Source: a virus (Duplodnaviria > Caudoviricetes). Taken from it: DNA of 29,297 bases. This document shows positions 18,012-26,132 of the stretch, in pieces. The translations under genes were made by a program, and so were the position numbers. Location of the stretch: positions 1-29,297 of the IMG/VR virus record IMGVR_UViG_3300031519_004115. One strand, 5' to 3'. The notes beneath the pieces are model-generated. The model saw nothing but the letters and a program-made list of their open reading frames with translations, made no database searches and had not been told where the DNA came from. Each line of letters opens with the position of its first letter. Within the stretch, counting starts at the first letter, position 1.

Positions 18012-18374
18012 ATGGGAATTAAAGCAGGAAAAATTTGGGGAGCAACAGAGCTCATCCATGCAAACGGTGTATTAGAATTTCACCGTATTAATTTTAACGC
18101 AGGATTTAAATGTTCAGAACATGAACACCAATTTAAATGGAACGGATTCTTTGTTGAATCGGGCAAGATGATTGTTCGAGTTTGGCAAGATGATCAAGGA
18201 CTAGTTGATGAAACTATTCTTGGTCCAGGTGACTTCACGCAAGTGAAGCCAGGTAAGATTCACCAGTTTGAAGGTTTAGAAGACGGTGTTGCTTTTGAAC
18301 TTTACTGGGCTGAATTTAATCACGATGACATTGTTCGTCGTACAGTAGGCACCACAGTAACTAAAGGAAAATAA
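18012..18374 (+). CDS. cupin-domain protein (sugar isomerase/epimerase-like)
   Basis: KIWG..., CSEHEH..KWNGFFVESG, PGDFTQVKPGKIHQF; SD AGGAGA before ATG 18012 (track start 17931). Confidence 0.8.
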   Translation: MGIKAGKIWGATELIHANGVLEFHRINFNAGFKCSEHEHQFKWNGFFVESGKMIVRVWQDDQGLVDETILGPGDFTQVKPGKIHQFEGLEDGVAFELYWAEFNHDDIVRRTVGTTVTKGK

Positions 18375-18378
18375 AAAT

Positions 18379-19185
18379 ATGTTTAAAAACATTGATAAAA
18401 GTATGATGCTAAAACTTGCACTTCTGCATGTTGTAGTAATTACAATTTCTAATGCATTAGTTTCTATTCCTGTAGAAATTGCAGGCATCAAACTTACATG
18501 GGCGGCATTTACGTTTCCGCTTGTAATACTAGCAACTGACTTAACAGTTAGAATGTTAGGTAAGCACATTGCAAGAGCAACTATTGTTGCTGCATATCCA
18601 ATTGCTATCATTGCATCCATTGCAGTTGTAATGGCAGAAGGTGCTCCGCAGTCAGTAGCATTGCGCATTGGTTTAGCAAGTGCAACAGCTTATGCAGTTG
18701 GCACAATGCTTGACGTATATGTGTTTCAATACTTTCGTGAAAACTGGTCAAGACAGTGGTGGATTGCTCCGGCACTATCGACAGTTGTTGCAAACGTTAT
18801 TGACAGCTACACATTCTTTGCTGTTGCGTTTAATAACTCAGCAGATGAGTATATGGCAGCTAACTGGATGGAAATTGCTACAAGTCAAGCAGGCTTAAAG
18901 ATTGCAGTAGGATTAATTATCTTCCTTCCAGCATATGGTGTACTACTACGTTACATTAACGGTACACTTGGAGATGTAAAAGATGATGTGTTTGAACCAG
19001 TAATTGACGTTGTTGTAGACAAGCCTAAAGCTAAAGCTAAAGCACCAGCTAAAGCTAAAGCTAAAGCTAAAGCTAAAGCACCAGCTAAAACCGGTGGCAA
19101 AAAAGCAGGAGAGCTAAGTATGACTCCGACTGCTATTAAGCAACGTGAAGCACGAGCTAAAGCAAAAGCGAAGAAAGCTAAGTAA
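18379..19185 (+). CDS. yhhQ: VUT-family 7-cyano/7-aminomethyl-7-deazaguanine (preQ0/preQ1) transporter with Lys/Ala-rich C-terminal tail
   Basis: Close resemblance to E. coli YhhQ motifs: TWAAFTFPLVILATDLTVR, ASATAYAVGTMLDVYVF, WWIAPALST, MAANWMEIA, FLPAYGVLL. Confidence 0.9.
   Translation: MFKNIDKSMMLKLALLHVVVITISNALVSIPVEIAGIKLTWAAFTFPLVILATDLTVRMLGKHIARATIVAAYPIAIIASIAVVMAEGAPQSVALRIGLASATAYAVGTMLDVYVFQYFRENWSRQWWIAPALSTVVANVIDSYTFFAVAFNNSADEYMAANWMEIATSQAGLKIAVGLIIFLPAYGVLLRYINGTLGDVKDDVFEPVIDVVVDKPKAKAKAPAKAKAKAKAKAPAKTGGKKAGELSMTPTAIKQREARAKAKAKKAK
19025..19090 (+). repeat. in-frame hexamer repeat (CTAAAG)3-CACCAG-(CTAAAG)5-CACCAG-CTAAAA
   Basis: Read directly; encodes the KA/PA repeats of the YhhQ tail. 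Confidence 0.9.
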
Positions 19186-19955
19186 TGCAACTTAGCGTAA
19201 TGCAAAACTTTAAGGGTGTGGAAATGAAACCGTTTCCACACCTTTGCATTGATAATGCTCTTCCAGAGAAGATATACAATGAACTTGTACAAACTTTTCC
19301 GGAGGACATTATTTGCTCTACACCTGTATTAGATAATGGCATAACTTATAGGCATAAATCTAATCCGGTTCTTGTAGAAGATAACATTCCCAACATATGG
19401 AAAGAGTTTTTTGAATATCATACAAGTCCAGAGTTTTTTCAATATGTAACAGATGTGTTCGAGGACGCATACCACAAATACTATCCAAGTGACTTATTCC
19501 ACTCTCTTAAAACAGGTAGTGTAGGAGTAAGAAAACTAAGTAAAAAGACAACATATGTTACTGACTGTCAATTTGTTGTACATGAACCTGTAGTCGAAAC
19601 AGAAACATCACGTACACCGCACTTAGACAATCCTGGAGAAATATATGCAGGATTATTATATATGAAAAAACTTACTGATCAAAGTACAGGAGGAAACTTT
19701 ACATTGCATGAAATAGATAAAGTACACTCGGTATTAAAAACAGGTGGCAGAGCCGTACAATTAAGTAATCCTGTAAAAGAAATAGAATACAAAGCAAATA
19801 ATTTTTGTATGTTTTTAAATGTACATAATAGTGTGCATAGTGTTACTCCTAGGATAGATGCAACTGAGCGTCGACGTAGTATTAACATTATAGGCGAATA
19901 TAATAAAAACGGAAAAATGTGGGAAGTACAAGAAGAAAATTATGCCTCTATATAG
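19185..19955 (+). CDS. 2OG-Fe(II) oxygenase
   Basis: PFPHLCIDNALP, HxD motif PHLDNP, GGNFTLH, distal HSVTPR, RRSINI. Confidence 0.82.
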   Translation: MQLSVMQNFKGVEMKPFPHLCIDNALPEKIYNELVQTFPEDIICSTPVLDNGITYRHKSNPVLVEDNIPNIWKEFFEYHTSPEFFQYVTDVFEDAYHKYYPSDLFHSLKTGSVGVRKLSKKTTYVTDCQFVVHEPVVETETSRTPHLDNPGEIYAGLLYMKKLTDQSTGGNFTLHEIDKVHSVLKTGGRAVQLSNPVKEIEYKANNFCMFLNVHNSVHSVTPRIDATERRRSINIIGEYNKNGKMWEVQEENYASI

Positions 19956-20475
19956 TTTACAATATATTAATGATTTAAAATACTTGCACCAGCGTTCAGA
20001 TCGTCCGCGAGGATTTGGTGGCAAAGTAAAAAAGATGGGTCCATTTTATACATTCTTTGAAAAATGGCAACCTACCTCTGCAATAGATTACGGTTGTGGC
20101 AAGGGAGCCATTCTTAATCATTTACAAGAAAAATATCCAGACTGTCAATGGAAAGGATACGACCCGGCTGTTGAGGAATACAGCACAAGTCCTCATTTAC
20201 CAGTTGAGTGTGTATTCTCAAATGATGTACTAGAGCATATTGAACCCGAATGTTTAAGTGATGTATTAGATCACATATGGCAGTTAAGCACAAAATATAT
20301 TTGGCTATGTATAGATACATTGCCTGCAAGAAAAGTATTAATGGATGGGCGTAACGCTCACTTAATACTAGAAGGCAAAGATTGGTGGAGCGAACAGATA
20401 CAACACAGAGACGGAAACATTGTTTACTGTGAACTAGGTAAAAAAGGTAAACTTTATGTCGCAATTGAAAAATAA
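19942..20475 (+). CDS. class I SAM-dependent methyltransferase
   Basis: IDYGCGKG, GYDP, SNDVLEHIEP, DGRNAHLI. Confidence 0.85.
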   Translation: MPLYSLQYINDLKYLHQRSDRPRGFGGKVKKMGPFYTFFEKWQPTSAIDYGCGKGAILNHLQEKYPDCQWKGYDPAVEEYSTSPHLPVECVFSNDVLEHIEPECLSDVLDHIWQLSTKYIWLCIDTLPARKVLMDGRNAHLILEGKDWWSEQIQHRDGNIVYCELGKKGKLYVAIEK

Positions 20476-20731
20476 GATGATTCCGGGTGAGGCATTAATA
20501 TATGAAAGAGCCGACGGAGTTGTATATGCAAAATATAGAGACCCGCCGCATAATAAAACACCTCGTTGGATCATAGGCGGCGATCCTGCAGGCGTTGCAA
20601 GAGCACAAGGCGATCTATTAAATTATACCGAATGGCAAGAGTTGTGTAAACTCAGTTTAGAGTACCCTACACTAAAAAAGCTCTTAGACCAGTTGGTGAC
20701 AACTTACTATACAGTAAAGGAAAAACAATGA
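20456..20731 (+). CDS. hypothetical protein
   Basis: 91-aa ORF overlapping both neighbours; stop coupled to kdsA start (ATGA). Confidence 0.75.
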   Translation: MSQLKNKMIPGEALIYERADGVVYAKYRDPPHNKTPRWIIGGDPAGVARAQGDLLNYTEWQELCKLSLEYPTLKKLLDQLVTTYYTVKEKQ

Positions 20732-21504
20732 GAATTATAGCAGGACCGTGTCAGCACGAGTCATTGGGACAATCAGCAGCCATTGCAGAGAAGTGTAAAG
20801 CAGTATGCGACAAGTATGGTGTAGAGTACATCTTCAAAGCAAGTTTTGATAAAGCAAATCGTTCTAGCTTGGGCAATAAGCGAGGAGTAGGTGTAAATCA
20901 AACATTGGCTGACTTTAGACTACTTAAAGAAGTGCATGGTGTTAAGACCCTCACAGACGTTCATACAGTAGAGCATTGTAGTCACATTACCTCTTTCTTT
21001 AATGATGCAGTAGATGTGCTACAGATACCTGCATTCCTTTGCAGACAAACTGACTTGTTACAAGCGGCTTGTGCTACAGATAAAGTTGTTAATATTAAGA
21101 AAGGTCAATTCCTTGCACCTTGGGATATGAAGGGTATATTAACTAAGACAGAAGGTGCTAAAGAGGTTTGGATAACCGAGAGAGGAACTAGTTTTGGATA
21201 TAATACTTTGGTCGTTGATTTTACTGGCTTGGACTACATGCTTAATAATTATGATTATCCTGTTGTACTTGATGCCACGCACAGCGTACAGAAACCTGGC
21301 GGCAACGGAGGCAGTAGCGGTGGCAATAGGGATTACGTTCCTGGCCTATCTCGCGCAGGTAGTGCTTTGGGTATTAGGAATTTCTTTCTAGAAGTACATC
21401 CAGATCCAGACAACGCACCAAGCGATGGGCCCAACATGTTACGCTTAGATGACTTTGAAAGTGTAGTAAAGGACATAGTTGCAATTAGTAAGGTAGTAGG
21501 ATGA
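20728..21504 (+). CDS. kdsA: 3-deoxy-D-manno-octulosonate 8-phosphate (Kdo8P) synthase, metal-dependent type
   Basis: IAGPC, FKASFDKANRSS, QIPAFLCRQTDL, NIKKGQF, ERG, DATHSVQ, EVHPDPDNAPSDGP; Cys/His/Glu/Asp metal ligands present. Confidence 0.96.
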   Translation: MRIIAGPCQHESLGQSAAIAEKCKAVCDKYGVEYIFKASFDKANRSSLGNKRGVGVNQTLADFRLLKEVHGVKTLTDVHTVEHCSHITSFFNDAVDVLQIPAFLCRQTDLLQAACATDKVVNIKKGQFLAPWDMKGILTKTEGAKEVWITERGTSFGYNTLVVDFTGLDYMLNNYDYPVVLDATHSVQKPGGNGGSSGGNRDYVPGLSRAGSALGIRNFFLEVHPDPDNAPSDGPNMLRLDDFESVVKDIVAISKVVG

Positions 21505-22184
21505 GTAAGACAGCCGTCCTTATACCTGCACGTTATGCAAGTACACGATTTCCAGGTAAACCACTTGCACTTCTAAACGGTGTTCCTATGATACGTAGAG
21601 TGTATGAAGCCGCAGTAGCAACTGGTTACGACACATATGTCCTTACAGACGACATGCGTATCTTCGAATTGTTCAATGCTAGAAACTGTTGGATAGATGA
21701 AGCAGAATATGAAAACGGTACAGAACGATGCGCCGGTGCAATAAAGAATGAATTCTTTGCTAGGTATAATAAGTTTATAAATGTACAAGGCGACATGCCT
21801 GACGTAACAACGGATATGGTTGACAAATGTATTTCAAGTTTGCAACACTATTCTGTAAGCACAGTGTTTACAAAGATGCCAGAAGAAAAACAAAACGATC
21901 CTAACTCAGTTAAGATGGTACGTGCTGGTGACAGCGCACTTTGGTTTGGCAGAGGTATGACAGGCTACGGAGAATGGCACTTGGGAGTGTATGGTTATAC
22001 ACGCACTGCATTAGAACTGTATCCTAATATGATTGTAGAACTCGAAGAAGAAGTAGAGAAACTAGAACAACTCCGTTGGCTCAAAAACGGTTTACAAATA
22101 GGCTGTAATAGTGTATACTATAATGGAGTAGAGATAAACGCACCAGAGGATGTAGACGAATGGCACAAACAAAACTTCCAATAA
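21501..22184 (+). CDS. kdsB: CMP-Kdo synthetase
   Basis: IPARYASTRFPGKPLA, GTER, NVQGD, HLGVYGY, EKLEQLRWL; ATGA-coupled to kdsA. Confidence 0.94.
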   Translation: MSKTAVLIPARYASTRFPGKPLALLNGVPMIRRVYEAAVATGYDTYVLTDDMRIFELFNARNCWIDEAEYENGTERCAGAIKNEFFARYNKFINVQGDMPDVTTDMVDKCISSLQHYSVSTVFTKMPEEKQNDPNSVKMVRAGDSALWFGRGMTGYGEWHLGVYGYTRTALELYPNMIVELEEEVEKLEQLRWLKNGLQIGCNSVYYNGVEINAPEDVDEWHKQNFQ

Positions 22185-22624
22185 AAGATATCTTAGCAGC
22201 TATTGACATGGGTGCTAAAGAAGTTTGGGACGAGTTCTCAGATGAAGAACGTAAACAAGTTAGCTTTTGGTTACTGAATAGATACGCTAGTAGTATTAGC
22301 GGCACCCGAGAGCAGAAAGAACTTGCTATTTTTAAAACTAATGAGTATTATAATAAAAACTGGAATGTACTTGGTATGAGGCATCCTAAATTACAATGGC
22401 AACTATTATGCCAAGCAGGTAACACAAAGCGTATAGAACGACATAACTGGATTGGTCTTAAAGGAAAAAAGTCCGGAGACAGTAAGATTGTTAAATTCTT
22501 AGCTGAACGTTTTCCTAATATGAAACAAGATGAGGTAGAACTACTTGCTGGAATATCTACAAAAAAAGAAATTAAAGAATACGCTGAGTCACTCGGAATG
22601 GATAAAAAAGATGTCAAGCTCTAA
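22160..22624 (+). CDS. probable clamp-loader small subunit (T4 gp62-like)
   Basis: Size, FWLLNRYAS / LQWQLL / HNWI pattern resembling gp62-family proteins, and replication context. Confidence 0.5.
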   Translation: MAQTKLPIKDILAAIDMGAKEVWDEFSDEERKQVSFWLLNRYASSISGTREQKELAIFKTNEYYNKNWNVLGMRHPKLQWQLLCQAGNTKRIERHNWIGLKGKKSGDSKIVKFLAERFPNMKQDEVELLAGISTKKEIKEYAESLGMDKKDVKL

Positions 22625-23300
22625 GCCCTTTGTTTGTGAATATTGTAATACAGGTTACTCAAGAGAGAAAACTCTTATAGTACATATTTGTGAGCAAAAG
22701 CGCAGAGCTTTACAAAAAAATGAACGGCGTGTGCAATTAGGTATGTATGCATTTAATCAATTCTACAAACTAAGTGCTAATGCAAAGAAGAACAAAACAT
22801 ATCAAGAGTTTTGTAAGAGCCAATACTATAATGCATTTGTTAAGTTTGGCAGTTTTATATCAAACGTAAAGCCTCTGTATCCAGAAAAATACATTGACTA
22901 TGTTGTTACTAGTAATGTAAAATTAGATCATTGGTGTAAGGAAGCAATGTATGAAACTTATGCTATTGAACTTATTAGAAAAGAAGGTGTCGAAACAGCA
23001 CTAGAACGTACTATTACAACAATGATGGATTGGGCAAGTGAAAACGACCCGGCACCTTGGAATCATTACTTTCGCCATATAGGACTTAACACTGCAATAT
23101 GGAATATTAAAGACGGCAAGATAAGCCCGTGGCTTATACTAAACTGTACCAGCGGAAAAGAAATGCTAGGTAAGTTCAGCGACGAACAATTAAGTATGAT
23201 TTATCATGTATTAGATCCAGCACACTGGGCAATGCGGTTTAAGCGCAACCCTAAAGATGTTGAACTTGTAAAAGATGTAGTTAAAGAAAGCAACCTATGA
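22611..23300 (+). CDS. hypothetical protein with N-terminal C2H2/C2HC-type zinc finger
   Basis: FVCEYCNTGYSREKTLIVHIC; ATG 22611 preferred over track start 22545. Confidence 0.7.
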   Translation: MSSSKPFVCEYCNTGYSREKTLIVHICEQKRRALQKNERRVQLGMYAFNQFYKLSANAKKNKTYQEFCKSQYYNAFVKFGSFISNVKPLYPEKYIDYVVTSNVKLDHWCKEAMYETYAIELIRKEGVETALERTITTMMDWASENDPAPWNHYFRHIGLNTAIWNIKDGKISPWLILNCTSGKEMLGKFSDEQLSMIYHVLDPAHWAMRFKRNPKDVELVKDVVKESNL

Positions 23301-23335
23301 ACTTAAAGTCATTTTTAAAATGAGAGAGAACAACA

Positions 23336-23896
23336 ATGCCTGATATTGATATAGACTTTGCAGACAGAAATATTATCTTAAACAAGATACAACATCGTGT
23401 AGCAAAGTTAGAGACAGGTAAAAAACATAACACGGGTGTTTATGTAACAGAAATTCCACACAATCCGTTTAATGAAATATCTACTATTGATTACAAAACT
23501 GCAGACGACCGCGGTTACTTTAAGTTAGATTTTCTTAATGTAAACATTTACAAAGACATTAACAACAATGAACATCTAGCCCAACTAATGGAAAAGGAAC
23601 CACTATGGCAACTACTGGAGCACGAAGATTTCAGCGAAAAGGTATTTCATCTCAACGGACACGCAAGTCTATTGAGGCAATTGAAACCTACATCGGTAAA
23701 ACAATTAGCTGCGACACTAGCAATCATTCGACCAGCAAAGAGACATCTAGCAAACGAGAACTGGGATACAATAATGAAAGAAGTGTGGGTAAAACCGACT
23801 AATGGAGAATACTTCTTCAAGAAAGCTCATGCAGTGAGCTACGCTATGGCATGTGTAGTACACATGAATTTAATCTGTGAACAGCTTAACGCTTAG
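23336..23896 (+). CDS. minimal DnaE/DNA polymerase III alpha-like catalytic core (186 aa)
   Basis: PDIDIDF, HNTGVYV, GYFKLDFL, LAIIRPA, YFFKKAHAVSYA in DnaE order. Confidence 0.82.
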   Translation: MPDIDIDFADRNIILNKIQHRVAKLETGKKHNTGVYVTEIPHNPFNEISTIDYKTADDRGYFKLDFLNVNIYKDINNNEHLAQLMEKEPLWQLLEHEDFSEKVFHLNGHASLLRQLKPTSVKQLAATLAIIRPAKRHLANENWDTIMKEVWVKPTNGEYFFKKAHAVSYAMACVVHMNLICEQLNA

Positions 23897-24257
23897 GCTT
23901 TCGAATAAGTTGTACGTTTTTACGTTTTACTCGTTTGATAGCCAAGTTACTAAGGTTAACCGTAGGACCTAAAATAACTTTTACATCTTTACTATTCATT
24001 GTCATTTGACAATATTTTATTACATCAACTTCCTTGCGCAAGAATATATTTATAGGAATCATTCTATTTGATTCCCACCACCATGTCTCGCCTAATTCGA
24101 GCATGAATTTTTTCTCTTCGACACTTCTTAGTTTAGTATACACTAATACTGAAGTAACAAATTGATCTTGATTTACAACGATGCCGACATACTCTTGTCC
24201 CCCGTAGGTAACAACACTTATGAATGGATAGTTTTCTTCTATATCTTTTCTTAACAT
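23886..24257 (-). CDS. hypothetical protein
   Basis: 123-aa ORF filling the gap between the dnaE-like gene and the next + gene; motif LGETWWWESNRMIPINIFL. Confidence 0.75.
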   Translation of the reverse strand: MLRKDIEENYPFISVVTYGGQEYVGIVVNQDQFVTSVLVYTKLRSVEEKKFMLELGETWWWESNRMIPINIFLRKEVDVIKYCQMTMNSKDVKVILGPTVNLSNLAIKRVKRKNVQLIRKPKR

Positions 24258-24266
24258 AATTTCCGC

Positions 24267-24272
24267 TAAATA
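24267..24272 (+). promoter_or_regulatory. T4-late-like promoter box TAAATA
   Basis: TAAATA-atagt-ATG(24278). Confidence 0.6.
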
Positions 24273-24277
24273 ATAGT

Positions 24278-25078
24278 ATGCAATTAGTACCTAGATATTT
24301 AGTAAATAATCGAGTAACCATCGTAGCAAATGACGCAGGATTCGTAACGGAGTATAACCCAATGTATCAACGACAAATAAAAGTATATAAAGGCATTGAT
24401 AATGTCATCCAGTTTAGATTGTTAAACGCAGATCAAAAACCTATAAACGTTTCGTCATACACTCCAAAGTTTGTAGCATTTGACGAAACTAAGGCACTTG
24501 TTATAGAACACGATGGATCAATCCAACAATTAGATGATAGTAGTGCTACACGGGGAATGTTTACAGTTACTATTACAGAGAATGACTTATTGAATATTCA
24601 ACAGCAATATTTAACATACAATGTATACTTGGTACATAACACAGACAGTTCAAAAACACTAACGTATACTGATGGACATTTCGATAACAATGCAACAATT
24701 TTTGTTGACGCAACTGCATTTCCAGGTGCCAAGGCATCATACAGCATAACATCATTTACAGAAGATATGGGCTTGCCAGGTATTGATGACAGTACATGGG
24801 TATCAGAAAGCATTACAGCAGAACCGGCAATTAACGGAAACGAAGCACTGCATACCGCAGCAATTTATTCAGCTAGTTATACAGGTAATGTAGTAGTACA
24901 AGCTACACTCGATAATCAGATAACGGGCGACACTCAGTGGGCAGATGTAACAACAGTGACGCTTGCTTCACCTAGCACACCAACACCAGTTAATTTTAAT
25001 GGTGTATTCAATTACGTGCGATTTAAAACTACAGCAAATCCAGCAGATAAAATATCTAAAATACTTGTCCGAAACTGA
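24278..25078 (+). CDS. probable virion structural protein (beta-rich, baseplate/BppU-like N-terminus)
   Basis: KGIDNVIQFRLLNADQKPINVS, Thr/Ser/Val-rich composition, late-type promoter; function inferred. Confidence 0.55.
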   Translation: MQLVPRYLVNNRVTIVANDAGFVTEYNPMYQRQIKVYKGIDNVIQFRLLNADQKPINVSSYTPKFVAFDETKALVIEHDGSIQQLDDSSATRGMFTVTITENDLLNIQQQYLTYNVYLVHNTDSSKTLTYTDGHFDNNATIFVDATAFPGAKASYSITSFTEDMGLPGIDDSTWVSESITAEPAINGNEALHTAAIYSASYTGNVVVQATLDNQITGDTQWADVTTVTLASPSTPTPVNFNGVFNYVRFKTTANPADKISKILVRN

Positions 25079-25107
25079 TTGACTTCTTAGTCAATTGACG
25101 CTATAAT
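25079..25107 (+). promoter_or_regulatory. sigma70-type promoter of primase, leaderless, -35 inside a dyad
   Basis: TTGACT(25079-25084)-17 bp-TATAAT(25102-25107)-6 nt-ATG(25114); inverted repeat ATTGACT-tctt-AGTCAAT at 25078-25095. Confidence 0.8.
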
Positions 25108-25113
25108 ACTAGT

Positions 25114-26097
25114 ATGAGTATTGTAAGCGAAACAGTTCTGACGTACCTTCCAGCAAAGCGGAAAACTACTCCTAGTGGGTGGATTAGCTTCAATGCGCCA
25201 TGTTGTCATAATACTGGCAGTAGTGCAGATACTCGTGGCCGCGGTGGATTAATTAGCAACCCAGATGGCGGCGTTAGTTACCATTGTTTTAACTGCGGCT
25301 TTAAGACAAGCTGGCAACCAGGAAGATCTTTTTCACATAAATTGCGTAAACTCCTACAATGGTTAGGAGCACCTGATGACGTAGTCAACAAGGTAGCATT
25401 AGAAGTTATGCGAGAAAATGAAGGCGTTATAGCTAAGACACAGATAGCCCAACTGCCTAAATTTAATACTGTTCCGTTGCCAGAAGATGCTGTTAAGATT
25501 TCTGATATTGTAGATTTTAACAAATACAGTTTAGCTATACTCGAGTATATGGCCGAACGTAATCTTAATTTAGATGATACAACTTATTATTGGGCTCCTA
25601 GTTTAGGTTACCGTGACCGACTTATTATTCCGTTTTACTTGGAAGGTAATGTAGTAGGATGGACAGCCAGGAGCATACTAGCAGACAAGAAACCTAAGTA
25701 TCTAACAGAAGTACAACCTGGATTTGTATATGGTCTAGACGAACAGCATTACAAAAAAGTTTTTTGCATACTGTGTGAAGGTCAGCTAGATGCAATACAT
25801 ATAGACGGGTGTGCGCTAGGCGGAAGTGAGATAAGTGATCAACAAGCAATGTTGTTAACTAGATTACAAAAAGAAATAATAGTTTGTCCTGATCGAGACC
25901 AAGCAGGGTTAAAACTTATTGAACAAGCAATTGATAAAGGTTGGTCAGTGAGTTTGCCTGATTGGCCTGCTGGTATAAATGATATCGGTGATGCAGTAAA
26001 TAAATTCGGACGACTGTATACACTCTACAGTATTGCAAATAATGCAGAATCAAGTCCGTTAAAAATTCGACTACGGGCGAAGAAATGGCATATATAA
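25114..26097 (+). CDS. DnaG-type DNA primase (T4 gp61-like)
   Basis: Zn-binding APCCH...YHCFNCG, RLIIPF..GWTAR, PKY, TOPRIM CEGQLDA, DRDQAG, NDIGD. Confidence 0.9.
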   Translation: MSIVSETVLTYLPAKRKTTPSGWISFNAPCCHNTGSSADTRGRGGLISNPDGGVSYHCFNCGFKTSWQPGRSFSHKLRKLLQWLGAPDDVVNKVALEVMRENEGVIAKTQIAQLPKFNTVPLPEDAVKISDIVDFNKYSLAILEYMAERNLNLDDTTYYWAPSLGYRDRLIIPFYLEGNVVGWTARSILADKKPKYLTEVQPGFVYGLDEQHYKKVFCILCEGQLDAIHIDGCALGGSEISDQQAMLLTRLQKEIIVCPDRDQAGLKLIEQAIDKGWSVSLPDWPAGINDIGDAVNKFGRLYTLYSIANNAESSPLKIRLRAKKWHI

Positions 26098-26132
26098 TAG
26101 TAGCACAAAATGCTAGAAAGAGAGTAAACACA

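Noticed and set aside
20728-21504. DAHP synthase or NeuB-type call for kdsA
   Set aside because: KANRS (not KPRT/S) and PAFLCRQTDL motifs plus adjacent kdsB identify Kdo8P synthase
6964-22184. Bacterial capsule/LPS locus or host contamination
   Set aside because: Genes overlap phage core genes (uvsY, clamp-loader-like), flank uvsW, share phage-type promoter boxes, and no export or polymerase machinery is present
23309-23323. Dyad TCATTTT-T-AAAATGA upstream of the mini-DnaE gene as an operator
   Set aside because: Almost all A/T in an AT-rich genome and not seen again in the window; may be chance
23336-23896. dnaE pseudogene or intron/intein-split fragment
   Set aside because: All motifs are in one uninterrupted frame with internal deletions; flanks are unrelated intact ORFs; no intein or intron signature
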